Shown: piece after piece, positions 37,376-45,760 of the stretch | How positions within the stretch are numbered: the first letter of the stretch is position 1 | How the letters are laid out: the number at the start of each line of letters is the position of its first letter | Source: Candidatus Flemingiibacterium sp. | GTDB lineage: Bacteria; Bacillota; Clostridia; Oscillospirales; CAG-272 | NCBI GenBank assembly: GCA_045589075.1 | Contig: JAZNFI010000053.1 | Coordinates: 173-64,172 of the forward strand | Reading direction: 5' to 3' | DNA length: 64,000 nt | Program-made: the position numbers and the translations under genes | The notes under the pieces: generated by a model | What the model saw: the letters and a program-made list of their open reading frames with translations, nothing else | Told to the model about the DNA's origin: nothing | Database searches by the model: none

Positions 37376-38426
37376 CATAAAAAATATACTTCTGTCCCAT
37401 GCCTCTCTATACCCGAAAATGTTGCCGGCAGATGCAGTCAAGCTCATATATCAGGCAACCTTCGGCGGTGGACATATGGTATTGGATGAAGCGTCTGTCA
37501 TCGCACGCACGAAAAATGAATATGACCAAATGGGACACAAGAGCCGCCATTTAAAATGCGAGGTGCTTGGTGAAGCTTCAAGAATATACATTGATTCACC
37601 CATGTCAGACAGTCAGATTGAAATAATAGCTAAAATATTTATCAACTCCGCACGCGGATTTTCAAAAGGATATACTGAAGCAGATGGGCACACAAGGGAG
37701 CTGTTCGAGGCGCGGCTGCGTGTTCTTGAATCGCTGTGCCGCGAGGGAGCCTTTGCCTTTACCCACACAGAGCTTGAAGCTTACCTTGAAGAATACAGAA
37801 AATCGGGTTATCCCGCTGTCAGCCACAGTGATGTTTACAGGAAAAACTATACCCCTGCGTACCGCGTGATAGATTCACGATACGTTCGCTTATTGCCTGT
37901 TATATTTAAGATAGCAGAACGACTTCATGATGACAAGCACACCGTTCTCGCCATCGAAGGCAGAGCCGCTTCCGGCAAGACCACCGCTGCGGCACTTATT
38001 TCGGAGCTGTTCCCCGCCCAAACAGTCCGCATGGATGACTTTTTTCTGCCACCGCGCCTAAGGACGCAGGAGCGCCTTTGTGAAGCAGGAGGAAACGTCC
38101 ACAGAGAACGTTTTGTTGATGAAGTCCTTTGGAATCTGAGAAGCCAAGCCGAATTTTCATACCGTGTGTTCGATTGCTCACAGCAAGACTATAAAGAGAA
38201 GCCGCGCCGCATATTGCCGGCACCTCTTTATATTGTGGAGGGTTCATATTCCATGCATCCCGCGTTCGGAAAATACTATGACATCTCATTTTTCTCTGAT
38301 GTTACTGCCGAGGAGCAAGAAGAACGTATTTTGAGGCGAAACGGCGAAAATATGCTTGAACGGTTCAGACGTGAATGGATTCCCATGGAAGAAAAGTATT
38401 TTTCATCAATCGGAAAAGGAAGATAG
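37368..38426 (+). CDS. Two-domain protein: uncharacterised N-terminal domain plus C-terminal uridine-kinase/PRK-like P-loop domain
   Basis: Walker A IEGRAASGKTT, then MDDFF, IVEGSY, and an ILRRNGE...W.PMEEKYF tail. ATG 37368 overlaps the stop of the upstream gene (ATGAATAG). Confidence 0.7.
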   Translation: MNSIKNILLSHASLYPKMLPADAVKLIYQATFGGGHMVLDEASVIARTKNEYDQMGHKSRHLKCEVLGEASRIYIDSPMSDSQIEIIAKIFINSARGFSKGYTEADGHTRELFEARLRVLESLCREGAFAFTHTELEAYLEEYRKSGYPAVSHSDVYRKNYTPAYRVIDSRYVRLLPVIFKIAERLHDDKHTVLAIEGRAASGKTTAAALISELFPAQTVRMDDFFLPPRLRTQERLCEAGGNVHRERFVDEVLWNLRSQAEFSYRVFDCSQQDYKEKPRRILPAPLYIVEGSYSMHPAFGKYYDISFFSDVTAEEQEERILRRNGENMLERFRREWIPMEEKYFSSIGKGR

Positions 38427-38461
38427 TACATAAACGCTCCATATCGAAATTGAAAATAGAT

Positions 38462-38488
38462 AAAGCTATGCCGTGACGGCATAGCTTT
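38462..38488. terminator. Bidirectional terminator between the convergent kinase gene and pepF
   Basis: aaagctatgccg / tga / cggcatagcttt, followed by tgttattttt. Confidence 0.75.
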
Positions 38489-38500
38489 TGTTATTTTTGG

Positions 38501-40180
38501 TTATCCTAACCACTTCGCAGCAGCATCAGCAACCGATTTCAGCGCGCCGTTTTCGAAGGGCACTTCAATTCCCGCAATTGTGCAAAGCTCCACGAAGGTG
38601 TTCTTTCCGCCTCTCTTTACGAAACGCATATACCTTTCCCAGGCATCCTTATAATTGTTCTGCGAGAGGCTCCAGAACTTAAGCGACACCGCCTGCGCGA
38701 GGCAGTAGTCGATATAATAGAAGGGATAATGGTAGATGTGAAGCTGTCTCTGCCATGTGCGACCCGAAGCATAAAAGTCCACATCACCGAAATTTATATA
38801 TGGACGGTATATTTTTTCAAGCTTCAGCCATTCTTCGTGGCGCTCGGCAGGCGTTAAGTCGGGATTGTCGTAAACGACGTGCTGGAAATGGTCTACCATA
38901 CACCCGTAGGGAATGAAAATGAGTGCCGATTCAAGATGCATATACTCGGCGCGGTCGGTGTCGTCACCGTAGAAAAGGTCAAGCCATTTCCATGCGAAAA
39001 ATTCCATTGACATGGAGTGACATTCGCAGGATTCCATTGTGGGCTGTGCAGTTGCAATGAAGTCAAAATCTCTTGTCATATATGCGGCGAAGGCGTGACC
39101 TGCCTCGTGGGTGAGCACATCAACATCCCCGGACGTACCGTTGAAATTAGAAAAAATAAAGGGGGATTTATATTCGGGAAGCTCGGTGCAGTAACCACCT
39201 ACCGCTTTGCCCTCTTTTGCCACCAGGTCGAGAAGCTCGTTTTCGTACATAAAGTTTATGAACTCGCCCGTTTCCTGCGACATTTCCTCATACATCCGCT
39301 TGCCTGCCGCCATAATGTCGTCGGGAGTTCCCATAGGCTTGGGATTGCCCTCGCGGTACTTGAAGGGGTCGTCCCAGATGCGCATTTCATCGGGTGTGAG
39401 ACCGATGCGCTCCGCTTGACGGTGCTTCAGCTCGGTCACGATGGGGACGATGTCGTTTACCACCTGCCGGCGGAAACGCGCGACCATCTCCGCGTCATAG
39501 CAATTACGCGTTCTGCGTAGGTAAGCAAGCTCCGTAAAGCTCTTGAATCCTAACTTATGTGCCATCTCCGTTCTGACTTTCACAAGCTCGTCAAAGATAT
39601 TGTCAAGTTTCGCGGCATGGGACATATAGAACGAACTTTCGGCAAGATACGCCGAGTGACGCACATCACGATCAGGATTCTCCTTATATGCGCCAAGCTG
39701 AGAGATATTAAGTTCTTTTCCGTCAAAGGGAATCTTCGCCGACGCAATAAGCTTTTGATAATCAGAAACAAGTTTGTTCTCTCGTCCCAGAAGCTCAATA
39801 ATTTCGGTAGAAAAGGTTTCAAGCTCCATTTTCATGTTTTTAAATAGCAATTCACCGGCGGCTTTTTCTATTGAATCCCTGTACGGTGACTCATAAACAG
39901 CCAGCATGAACGCCTGACTGTGTTCCTCGAATGCAGGCAGTCCGGCATCGTAAAATTCCTGTTCAGCCTCATAGAATTTGTCTCTTGTATCAATTGAATT
40001 GCGAATAGATGCAAGAGTTATCATTGTTTGAGCGAAGCGGGAAAGTCTTTCGTGTTCGCAAAACGCTTCAAGTACTTCTTTGCCATCTTTTGCAGACCGC
40101 ACTTTTTCAGTGAGCCTATCAAGCTTTTCTCCCAGACAAACAAGATCCACTCGCTCATATTTCATATCACAGAATTTCAT
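38501..40180 (-). CDS. pepF: M3-family oligoendopeptidase (PepF-like)
   Basis: Zinc site THEAGHAF with E downstream. I chose ATG 40180, 7 nt after GGAGGTG and downstream of a consensus promoter. Confidence 0.85.
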   Translation of the reverse strand: MKFCDMKYERVDLVCLGEKLDRLTEKVRSAKDGKEVLEAFCEHERLSRFAQTMITLASIRNSIDTRDKFYEAEQEFYDAGLPAFEEHSQAFMLAVYESPYRDSIEKAAGELLFKNMKMELETFSTEIIELLGRENKLVSDYQKLIASAKIPFDGKELNISQLGAYKENPDRDVRHSAYLAESSFYMSHAAKLDNIFDELVKVRTEMAHKLGFKSFTELAYLRRTRNCYDAEMVARFRRQVVNDIVPIVTELKHRQAERIGLTPDEMRIWDDPFKYREGNPKPMGTPDDIMAAGKRMYEEMSQETGEFINFMYENELLDLVAKEGKAVGGYCTELPEYKSPFIFSNFNGTSGDVDVLTHEAGHAFAAYMTRDFDFIATAQPTMESCECHSMSMEFFAWKWLDLFYGDDTDRAEYMHLESALIFIPYGCMVDHFQHVVYDNPDLTPAERHEEWLKLEKIYRPYINFGDVDFYASGRTWQRQLHIYHYPFYYIDYCLAQAVSLKFWSLSQNNYKDAWERYMRFVKRGGKNTFVELCTIAGIEVPFENGALKSVADAAAKWLG

Positions 40181-40201
40181 ATAGGTACACCTCCAAGTAA
40201 G

Positions 40202-40230
40202 ATTATACCTCAAAACCTTAAAAATATCAA
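40202..40230 (-). promoter_or_regulatory. Candidate pepF promoter (TTGATA-17-TATAAT)
   Basis: On the minus strand, TTGATA (40230-40225), a 17-nt spacer, then TATAAT (40207-40202). Confidence 0.6.
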
Positions 40231-40301
40231 GCATGTGAGTAACTAAAATTTTTGGGGTAATAGTTACTTTGCCTCATTACGATAAAAACAAGGCATAGTA
40301 T

Positions 40302-40340
40302 TGCTAACCCGTACGGGACATCGAAATGCGTATCCGCCTT
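40302..40340 (-). pseudogene. Decayed copy of the 3' half of tRNA-Glu (anticodon-stem 3' strand to acceptor end)
   Basis: Three exact blocks are shared with the intact tRNA at the same overall spacing: acccgtacggga (40307-40318 vs 40475-40486), atcgaa (40320-25 vs 40487-92) and ccgcctt (40334-40 vs 40502-08). No 5' half is present and the T-loop is not foldable. Confidence 0.55.
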
Positions 40341-40431
40341 CCGGCAGCTACGCGGCAAGAAGCCTCTTGTTTTGTGTTTTCCCTTCCTCGCATAGCTTCT
40401 TGCAGGCTTCGTTTCGGTGTACTGAATCTTC

Positions 40432-40468
40432 AAAAAGAAAAACCATCCGCGAGGGATGGTTTTTCTTT
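40432..40468 (-). terminator. Rho-independent terminator directly after tRNA-Glu
   Basis: On the minus strand, AAAAACCATCC-CTCGC-GGATGGTTTTT followed by CTTTTTG. Confidence 0.8.
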
Positions 40469-40469
40469 T

Positions 40470-40544
40470 TGGTGACCCGTACGGGAATCGAACCCATGTT
40501 TCCGCCTTGAGAGGGCGGCGTCTTAGCCGCTTGACCAACAGGCC
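40470..40544 (-). tRNA. tRNA-Glu (anticodon CUC), 75 nt with encoded CCA
   Basis: Hand-folded cloverleaf: acceptor GGCCTGT/ACGGGTC (two G:U pairs), anticodon arm CCGCC-CTCTCAA-GGCGG, T arm ATGGG-TTCGATT-CCCGT, discriminator A, then CCA. Confidence 0.85.
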
Positions 40545-40563
40545 ATAATATCAGAACAGTGAT

Positions 40564-40592
40564 ATTATATCATACGAGAACCTGTTTGTCAA
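40564..40592 (-). promoter_or_regulatory. Consensus promoter for tRNA-Glu (TTGACA-17-TATAAT)
   Basis: On the minus strand, TTGACA (40592-40587), a 17-nt spacer, then TATAAT (40569-40564). The tRNA 5' end lies 19 nt downstream. Confidence 0.65.
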
Positions 40593-40627
40593 TAGTTTTT
40601 TCGATTTTTTTCAGATTTTTTAATAAC

Positions 40628-42574
40628 TCATTCCCTGTTAAATAAAGGCATCCCGTCACACCTATCCGGCTCCGGACTTACATCAACATACCTGCTTGCC
40701 TGGGTGGTAAATAATTCATAGTAACGTCCGCCCAGCTTCATGAGCTCCCCATGGGTTCCCTCTTCTATAAGCTTACCGTATTCAAGCACAATTATCTTTG
40801 AAGCCATAGTAGCGCTGGAAAGCCTGTGTGACACAAAAATTGTAGTCTTGTCCTTGGAAAGAGCTTCAAACTCATTGAATATTTCCTGCTCTGCCATAGC
40901 GTCAAGCGCGGATGTTGGCTCGTCAAGTATCATTATGTCAGAGTCGGAGTAGAATGCGCGAGCCACTGCAAGCTTCTGCCACTGACCGCCCGAAAGCTCA
41001 GCACCATTCTCCTCGAATATTCGCATAAGCGGGGTGTTATATTTTTCGCCCATTTTTTCCACAAATTCCGATGCTCCCGATTGATGAGCGGCACATGCTA
41101 CACGGTCATCGTCAATATTTCTTGACAGATCACCAAACGCGATGTTCTCACGAACAGTAAATGCATAGCGTCCAAAGTCTTGAAAAATCATGCCAAAGGT
41201 GCGGTATAGCTCGGCAACATCATATTCACGGAGATCTACCCCATCAAGCAAAATCCGCCCCTCGGTTGGATCATAAAGCCTTGTAAGCAGCTTTAAAAGT
41301 GTGGTTTTTCCTGCACCGTTAAGTCCCACAAGAACAACGCTTTGCCGCGGTTCAAGTACAAAGCTCACGTCATCAATAACATTGCGGTCTCCGCCGGGAT
41401 ACCTGAAGCTGACGTGCTCAAATTCTATGGTATGCCCGATTCCGCGCCTGATTTCCTTCGGTTTGTCAAGAATTGGAACTATACTCGATTTTTCTGCCAT
41501 GAATGCTATCATATTGTCTATAAACAAGGTTCCTTCATATATTGAAGCCGTTGTCGTAACAAGCGTTGCCACGCCGCCCGATATACTCGTGAGTGCGCCT
41601 GTATAAAGGGTGAAGTCACCTACCTGTATTTCCCCCTCGAACACTTTCATCGCAATGAATATGTAAAGTGCGCAGTTTACTGCAGTGGTAATCACCGCAA
41701 GCACAATATGCCATATTTCTTCTGCCACGATAAGCGAGCGAAGTCCTCCGAAATACTTTTTGAATACCTCCTTGTATTTTTCTATAAGCAGCTCACTCAT
41801 TCCGAAAAGCCTTACTTCCTTTACATAGTCTTTATTACACATTATGTCGGAATAATAGTTAAGCTTACGCCTCTCCTTGGAGCGTCGGAACATGTAGTCG
41901 GCGTTCTTGCGTCTGTAAATAAAGTTTATAACCGCAGCCGGAATACTTGTCACCACGATAATAAGCGGCGCCCAACTGCTTATTGCCGATAGTATCGTTA
42001 TAAAGCTTAACATACTTATGACTGTACTCATCACACCGAAGGTTGAACTTAGAATTTGTATAGGTCTGTGTCCTGCCTCGCGGTTTGCGTTTTCAAGCTT
42101 CTGATAAAATTCGGGGGTATCAAACCTTGCAGTATCAATGGTCTTTGCCTTGTCTATTATTTTAAGTTTAATATGATTAGAAACAAGCTCACCCGAAATT
42201 CGTGTTACCATGCTTTCAAAATAGGTGGCTATTTTGTTTAAAAACATATATCCGAACTGCAGAAGCAGCACACCTGTAATTGTACGGAATTCCACTCCGC
42301 CCTCGGTAACGGCTGTGACCAGAAGATTAATTATTCCTGCAGTTATGTATGCCCCAACAATGGGCATTACCCCGTGAAATACCGACATAAACATCATGGA
42401 AAAAAGTATCCACGGTCTTGTTCGCCATACTATTGTGTAGATATAGAATAATCTTTTTAAAAATCCTCCGATGAGTTTCCTTAAAAACTCCGGAACCTCT
42501 CTGACGCTTTTGGGCGGCGGCACACGAAGTCTGTCATTTCCGCGGCTGGGCGGCGGCATAAAACCTCTGTTCAT
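40628..42574 (-). CDS. Fused TMD-NBD ABC exporter (MsbA/MdlB-like half transporter)
   Basis: Six-TM N-terminal domain. Walker A GLNGAGKTT, signature LSGGQWQK, Walker B IMILDEPTS. There is a Pro/Arg-rich N-terminal extension. I chose ATG 42574, 6 nt after GAGGTG. Confidence 0.88.
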   Translation of the reverse strand: MNRGFMPPPSRGNDRLRVPPPKSVREVPEFLRKLIGGFLKRLFYIYTIVWRTRPWILFSMMFMSVFHGVMPIVGAYITAGIINLLVTAVTEGGVEFRTITGVLLLQFGYMFLNKIATYFESMVTRISGELVSNHIKLKIIDKAKTIDTARFDTPEFYQKLENANREAGHRPIQILSSTFGVMSTVISMLSFITILSAISSWAPLIIVVTSIPAAVINFIYRRKNADYMFRRSKERRKLNYYSDIMCNKDYVKEVRLFGMSELLIEKYKEVFKKYFGGLRSLIVAEEIWHIVLAVITTAVNCALYIFIAMKVFEGEIQVGDFTLYTGALTSISGGVATLVTTTASIYEGTLFIDNMIAFMAEKSSIVPILDKPKEIRRGIGHTIEFEHVSFRYPGGDRNVIDDVSFVLEPRQSVVLVGLNGAGKTTLLKLLTRLYDPTEGRILLDGVDLREYDVAELYRTFGMIFQDFGRYAFTVRENIAFGDLSRNIDDDRVACAAHQSGASEFVEKMGEKYNTPLMRIFEENGAELSGGQWQKLAVARAFYSDSDIMILDEPTSALDAMAEQEIFNEFEALSKDKTTIFVSHRLSSATMASKIIVLEYGKLIEEGTHGELMKLGGRYYELFTTQASRYVDVSPEPDRCDGMPLFNRE

Positions 42575-42797
42575 AATACCCACCTCATCATATTTTTATT
42601 AGTAAGTTCATTACATCACAATCAGCTATAAAAATTATTTCTACGGTAAACTGAAGCATAAATCTGTTTGGCGATCACGTTTCTATACTCTTGAAAATTA
42701 AGACGGGATATTTTATTTTCAAGAAGCCCTTCCCTCCCGGTCAATATCTTTAAGGAAAAACACATAACAATTTTTTGAATTACCCACAGAATTTACG

Positions 42798-43505
42798 TTA
42801 CCGCGCTTGTTTCCAATTTTCTTTCGAAATCTCTTTCCACAATTTTTTAAGATATGCCCTCTGTCGCTTATAATCGGTGCAGAAGTTCTCCACCATCGTC
42901 CAGAATTTTTTAGAGTGGTTGAACTCATACATATGACACAGCTCATGAATAATAATGTAATCAATGGCAGCAGACTCTGCCATGATACAAAACCATGAAA
43001 AATTCAGCGTATTCTTCCTTGAACAGCTTGCCCAGTGGGAAGTGGCTGAATTGATTCTAACGGCACGCACATCAAGGCCCAGCAAAGGCGCTAACTCCTC
43101 CACACGGGTTTTTATATAATTTTTTGCCGCAAGCTTGTATACCGCTATCACAGCATCTCTTATTTCATCAGGGCAAAGTCCGGGCGGAATAAAAAAGCTG
43201 TTGTCATTATAGCTGATTCGCCCATCCTTGCCCGCACTTATAATCCTTTCACCGCCGAGACAGCGAACAGCGTCACCGTAATTTATACTGAATTCCTGTC
43301 TTGCTTTTTCTGCCGCATGCCTATCTTCGATTTCCTGTAAAATACGCTCTGTGTACGGTTTTGCTATCCGTCGAAGCTCTCTATCGCTTGCACCAACGGG
43401 TGCAAGTATCTGTGGCGTGCCGTCCTGAAGAACCCGTATGCAAACAGTTCTTCGTGCTGACCTGACCACACAAAACTCAACTGAATCTACTCTAATCTTT
43501 TCCAT
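42798..43505 (-). CDS. YgjP-like (DUF45/M48-related) metal-dependent hydrolase
   Basis: IIIHELCHMYEFNHSKKFW motif. I chose ATG 43505, which overlaps the queH 3' end by 14 nt. The longer ORF start would lie inside queH. Confidence 0.75.
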   Translation of the reverse strand: MEKIRVDSVEFCVVRSARRTVCIRVLQDGTPQILAPVGASDRELRRIAKPYTERILQEIEDRHAAEKARQEFSINYGDAVRCLGGERIISAGKDGRISYNDNSFFIPPGLCPDEIRDAVIAVYKLAAKNYIKTRVEELAPLLGLDVRAVRINSATSHWASCSRKNTLNFSWFCIMAESAAIDYIIIHELCHMYEFNHSKKFWTMVENFCTDYKRQRAYLKKLWKEISKENWKQAR

Positions 43506-44121
43506 ATTTGTATTCCCGTGAATATTCACATCCGCAGAAATCCTGACGGTAAAGTCGGTACTTTTGTGAAAGCTCAATTGAACGCTTATAGCCCTCTCTT
43601 TTCTTGAAGTCCGATGGGAGATAGGGAGTTCCGTACATTTTTTCAAGCTCTTCTCCTATCTCATTCAGTTTAGCTGCGTTTTTGTGCGGACTGACAGTGA
43701 GGGTTGTGGCGAAAAAGTCGTATGAAACCGTGCTCTCTTTCATATATCGGGCTGTTTTTTCAAGTCTGAGTCCATAGCAACCAAAGCACCGCGCGCCACC
43801 TTCAGGAAGCTGTTCAAGACCCATTGCAGCAGAATAAAAATCCTCCGACTGCTGTTCACATATAATGGCGTCGACATTGTTGTGCCTCGGCATTTCATCA
43901 ATAAGCCGCAAAAGCTCATCTGCCCTTTTTTTATATTCGGCGGAATCAGTGATATTCGGATTGTAAAAAAACACCGTTATGTCAAAATAATCGGTGAGAT
44001 ATTCAAGGACGTAGCTCAAGCATGGTGCACAACAAGCGTGCAGCAGTAATTTTGGCACACGTTCTGACTTTTTTATCTCAAATAGTATAGAATCAAGCTT
44101 TTTTTGATAATTTGTTTTCAT
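43492..44121 (-). CDS. queH: Epoxyqueuosine reductase QueH (DUF208)
   Basis: LLLHACCAPCLSYVLEYL...FFYNPNI...C..CY..R and C-terminal YRQDFCGC. Confidence 0.85.
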   Translation of the reverse strand: MKTNYQKKLDSILFEIKKSERVPKLLLHACCAPCLSYVLEYLTDYFDITVFFYNPNITDSAEYKKRADELLRLIDEMPRHNNVDAIICEQQSEDFYSAAMGLEQLPEGGARCFGCYGLRLEKTARYMKESTVSYDFFATTLTVSPHKNAAKLNEIGEELEKMYGTPYLPSDFKKREGYKRSIELSQKYRLYRQDFCGCEYSREYKYGKD

Positions 44122-44137
44122 ATTTTTAAGTTTAACC

Positions 44138-44166
44138 TTGAAGTTATCAAGTTTTTGTGATATAAT
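44138..44166 (+). promoter_or_regulatory. Candidate promoter (TTGAAG-17-TGaTATAAT)
   Basis: TTGAAG 44138-44143, a 17-nt spacer, then an extended -10 with TATAAT at 44161-44166. Confidence 0.5.
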
Positions 44167-44197
44167 ATTCGTAATATAATATACTTACTGAAAGTTT

Positions 44198-45259
44198 ATG
44201 CGAGGTACACAATTGAACAAAGGACAAAGAACCAAGGTGTATCCGATAAATACCTCAAAAAACGCAGCACCGGCACAGCCAAAGATAAACTACTCGCCAC
44301 CTTCGGAAAATCCGGAATCTAAAAAAAAGCAAAACCTCACAGGTGTTTTCATACGGCTGACAGCACTTATTCTTGTGTTAGTGTTGTGCATATTTTTGTG
44401 GGTAAATCTGAATATTGAGTATACACACAATTACATATCCGTGACACTCCCCCGTTTTTCCGGCAAAAGTATTACGTCGGAGTTATCGGAAGCCGTACAC
44501 GAAGACAGCGTACCTGTAATAGCGGCAAACTCTCCCGGTTTTTACGACTACACCAGACCGGTACCAAAGAGTAAACCCGTGGATAGCGATTATTTCAGCG
44601 ATACCGTATTCATAGGAGATTCCAGACTCAAAGGTCTTCTTATGTACACCGACATATCTCCTCTCGATTTTTCAGGTGAGGGAGCAAATGTGGAATCGGT
44701 GCAAACCAAATCTTACATACGGTTAAAGGACGAAAACGGCGAATTCAAAACATACACACTCCCCGAAGCACTTGAATACAAGAAGGGCAGTTACAAATCT
44801 GTGTACATCTCGTTGGGCCTCAACGAGCTTGGCTGGCCGCTTGAAACGTTCATGTCCTCGCTTGAATCTCTGGTGAAAACCATACGCTCCGTGGCAGATG
44901 TGCCAATATACCTGCAAATGATCATGCCCATGACACAGCGCGCAGAGGACACCAACCGTTTCGGCCTCACCAACGCAAAACAACGACTGTTCAATCAGAG
45001 CCTGATCCGCTACTGCACCAAGGCGCGACTGTTCAGACTTGACCCCATATCCCTGTTTTCACTTGGTGACGGCACTCTCGACCCCAATCACGCCTCCGAC
45101 GGAGTACACCTTTATCCCGCCTCGTATCTTATACTTGCAGACTATTATAAAACCCACGTTGTCAACCTTGAAATGTATGCCGACACACGAAGCAAGGACC
45201 CCATACGGGCACCCGAAGGTGTGTTCGAATCTGCAGATAATATAACACCTATTGCATAA
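44198..45259 (+). CDS. Membrane-anchored SGNH/GDSL-like hydrolase family protein
   Basis: Pro/Lys-rich cytoplasmic N-terminus, one TM helix (FIRLTALILVLVLCIFLWV), block I VFIGDSR, ISLGLNELGW, and block V SDGVHLYP. Confidence 0.65.
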   Translation: MRGTQLNKGQRTKVYPINTSKNAAPAQPKINYSPPSENPESKKKQNLTGVFIRLTALILVLVLCIFLWVNLNIEYTHNYISVTLPRFSGKSITSELSEAVHEDSVPVIAANSPGFYDYTRPVPKSKPVDSDYFSDTVFIGDSRLKGLLMYTDISPLDFSGEGANVESVQTKSYIRLKDENGEFKTYTLPEALEYKKGSYKSVYISLGLNELGWPLETFMSSLESLVKTIRSVADVPIYLQMIMPMTQRAEDTNRFGLTNAKQRLFNQSLIRYCTKARLFRLDPISLFSLGDGTLDPNHASDGVHLYPASYLILADYYKTHVVNLEMYADTRSKDPIRAPEGVFESADNITPIA

Positions 45260-45274
45260 ATCATAAAATTTTCT

Positions 45275-45304
45275 AAAAGGGACGGCACAGGCCGCCCCTT
45301 TTGG
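45275..45304. terminator. Bidirectional terminator between the convergent SGNH gene and ruvX
   Basis: aaaagggacggc / acag / gccgcccctttt, with one mismatch in the stem. Confidence 0.65.
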
Positions 45305-45331
45305 TTTTCTTGATTTGGCGCATAACCCGCA

Positions 45332-45748
45332 TCAACGCTTGCTGTCGAGATAATTCTGAAGAATTATCTGTGCTGAAAGAGTATCAACAGCCGCCTTTCT
45401 CTTTTTGCCCCTGGTATCAGTAAAATTGAGTATCTGATGGGCAGCCATTGTACTGCATCGCTCATCAAACATCTCAATGGGAAGTCCCGTAGCCTCTCCG
45501 AGAAGCGCCGCAAATTCCTTGGCGTGCTCGGCTCTCGGACCAAGTGTTCCATTCATGTTGATCGGCAGTCCCACGATTATCTTCTTAACACCGTGTTCCT
45601 TCGCCTTCTCTGCCACCAGCTCCACCGTTTTTGGCATATAGGTGGAGTTCACATATCCAATACCGTTTGCAAGCATACCGAGAAGGTCGGATACCGCAAG
45701 TCCTGTACGGGTGTCACCAAAATCCACACCTAGTATACGTTCAGCCAT
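45332..45748 (-). CDS. ruvX: Holliday junction resolvase-like protein RuvX/YqgF
   Basis: ILGVDFGDTRTGLAVSD...IIVGLPINMNGT...DERCST. Confidence 0.9.
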   Translation of the reverse strand: MAERILGVDFGDTRTGLAVSDLLGMLANGIGYVNSTYMPKTVELVAEKAKEHGVKKIIVGLPINMNGTLGPRAEHAKEFAALLGEATGLPIEMFDERCSTMAAHQILNFTDTRGKKRKAAVDTLSAQIILQNYLDSKR

Positions 45749-45760
45749 TGCAAGTCACCC

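Noticed and set aside
40227-40538. ORFs of 103 aa (minus strand) and 69 aa (40301..40510, plus strand) covering the tRNA region.
   Set aside because: They overlap the tRNA-Glu gene, its terminator and the tRNA relic. Their translations are Arg/Pro-rich nonsense.
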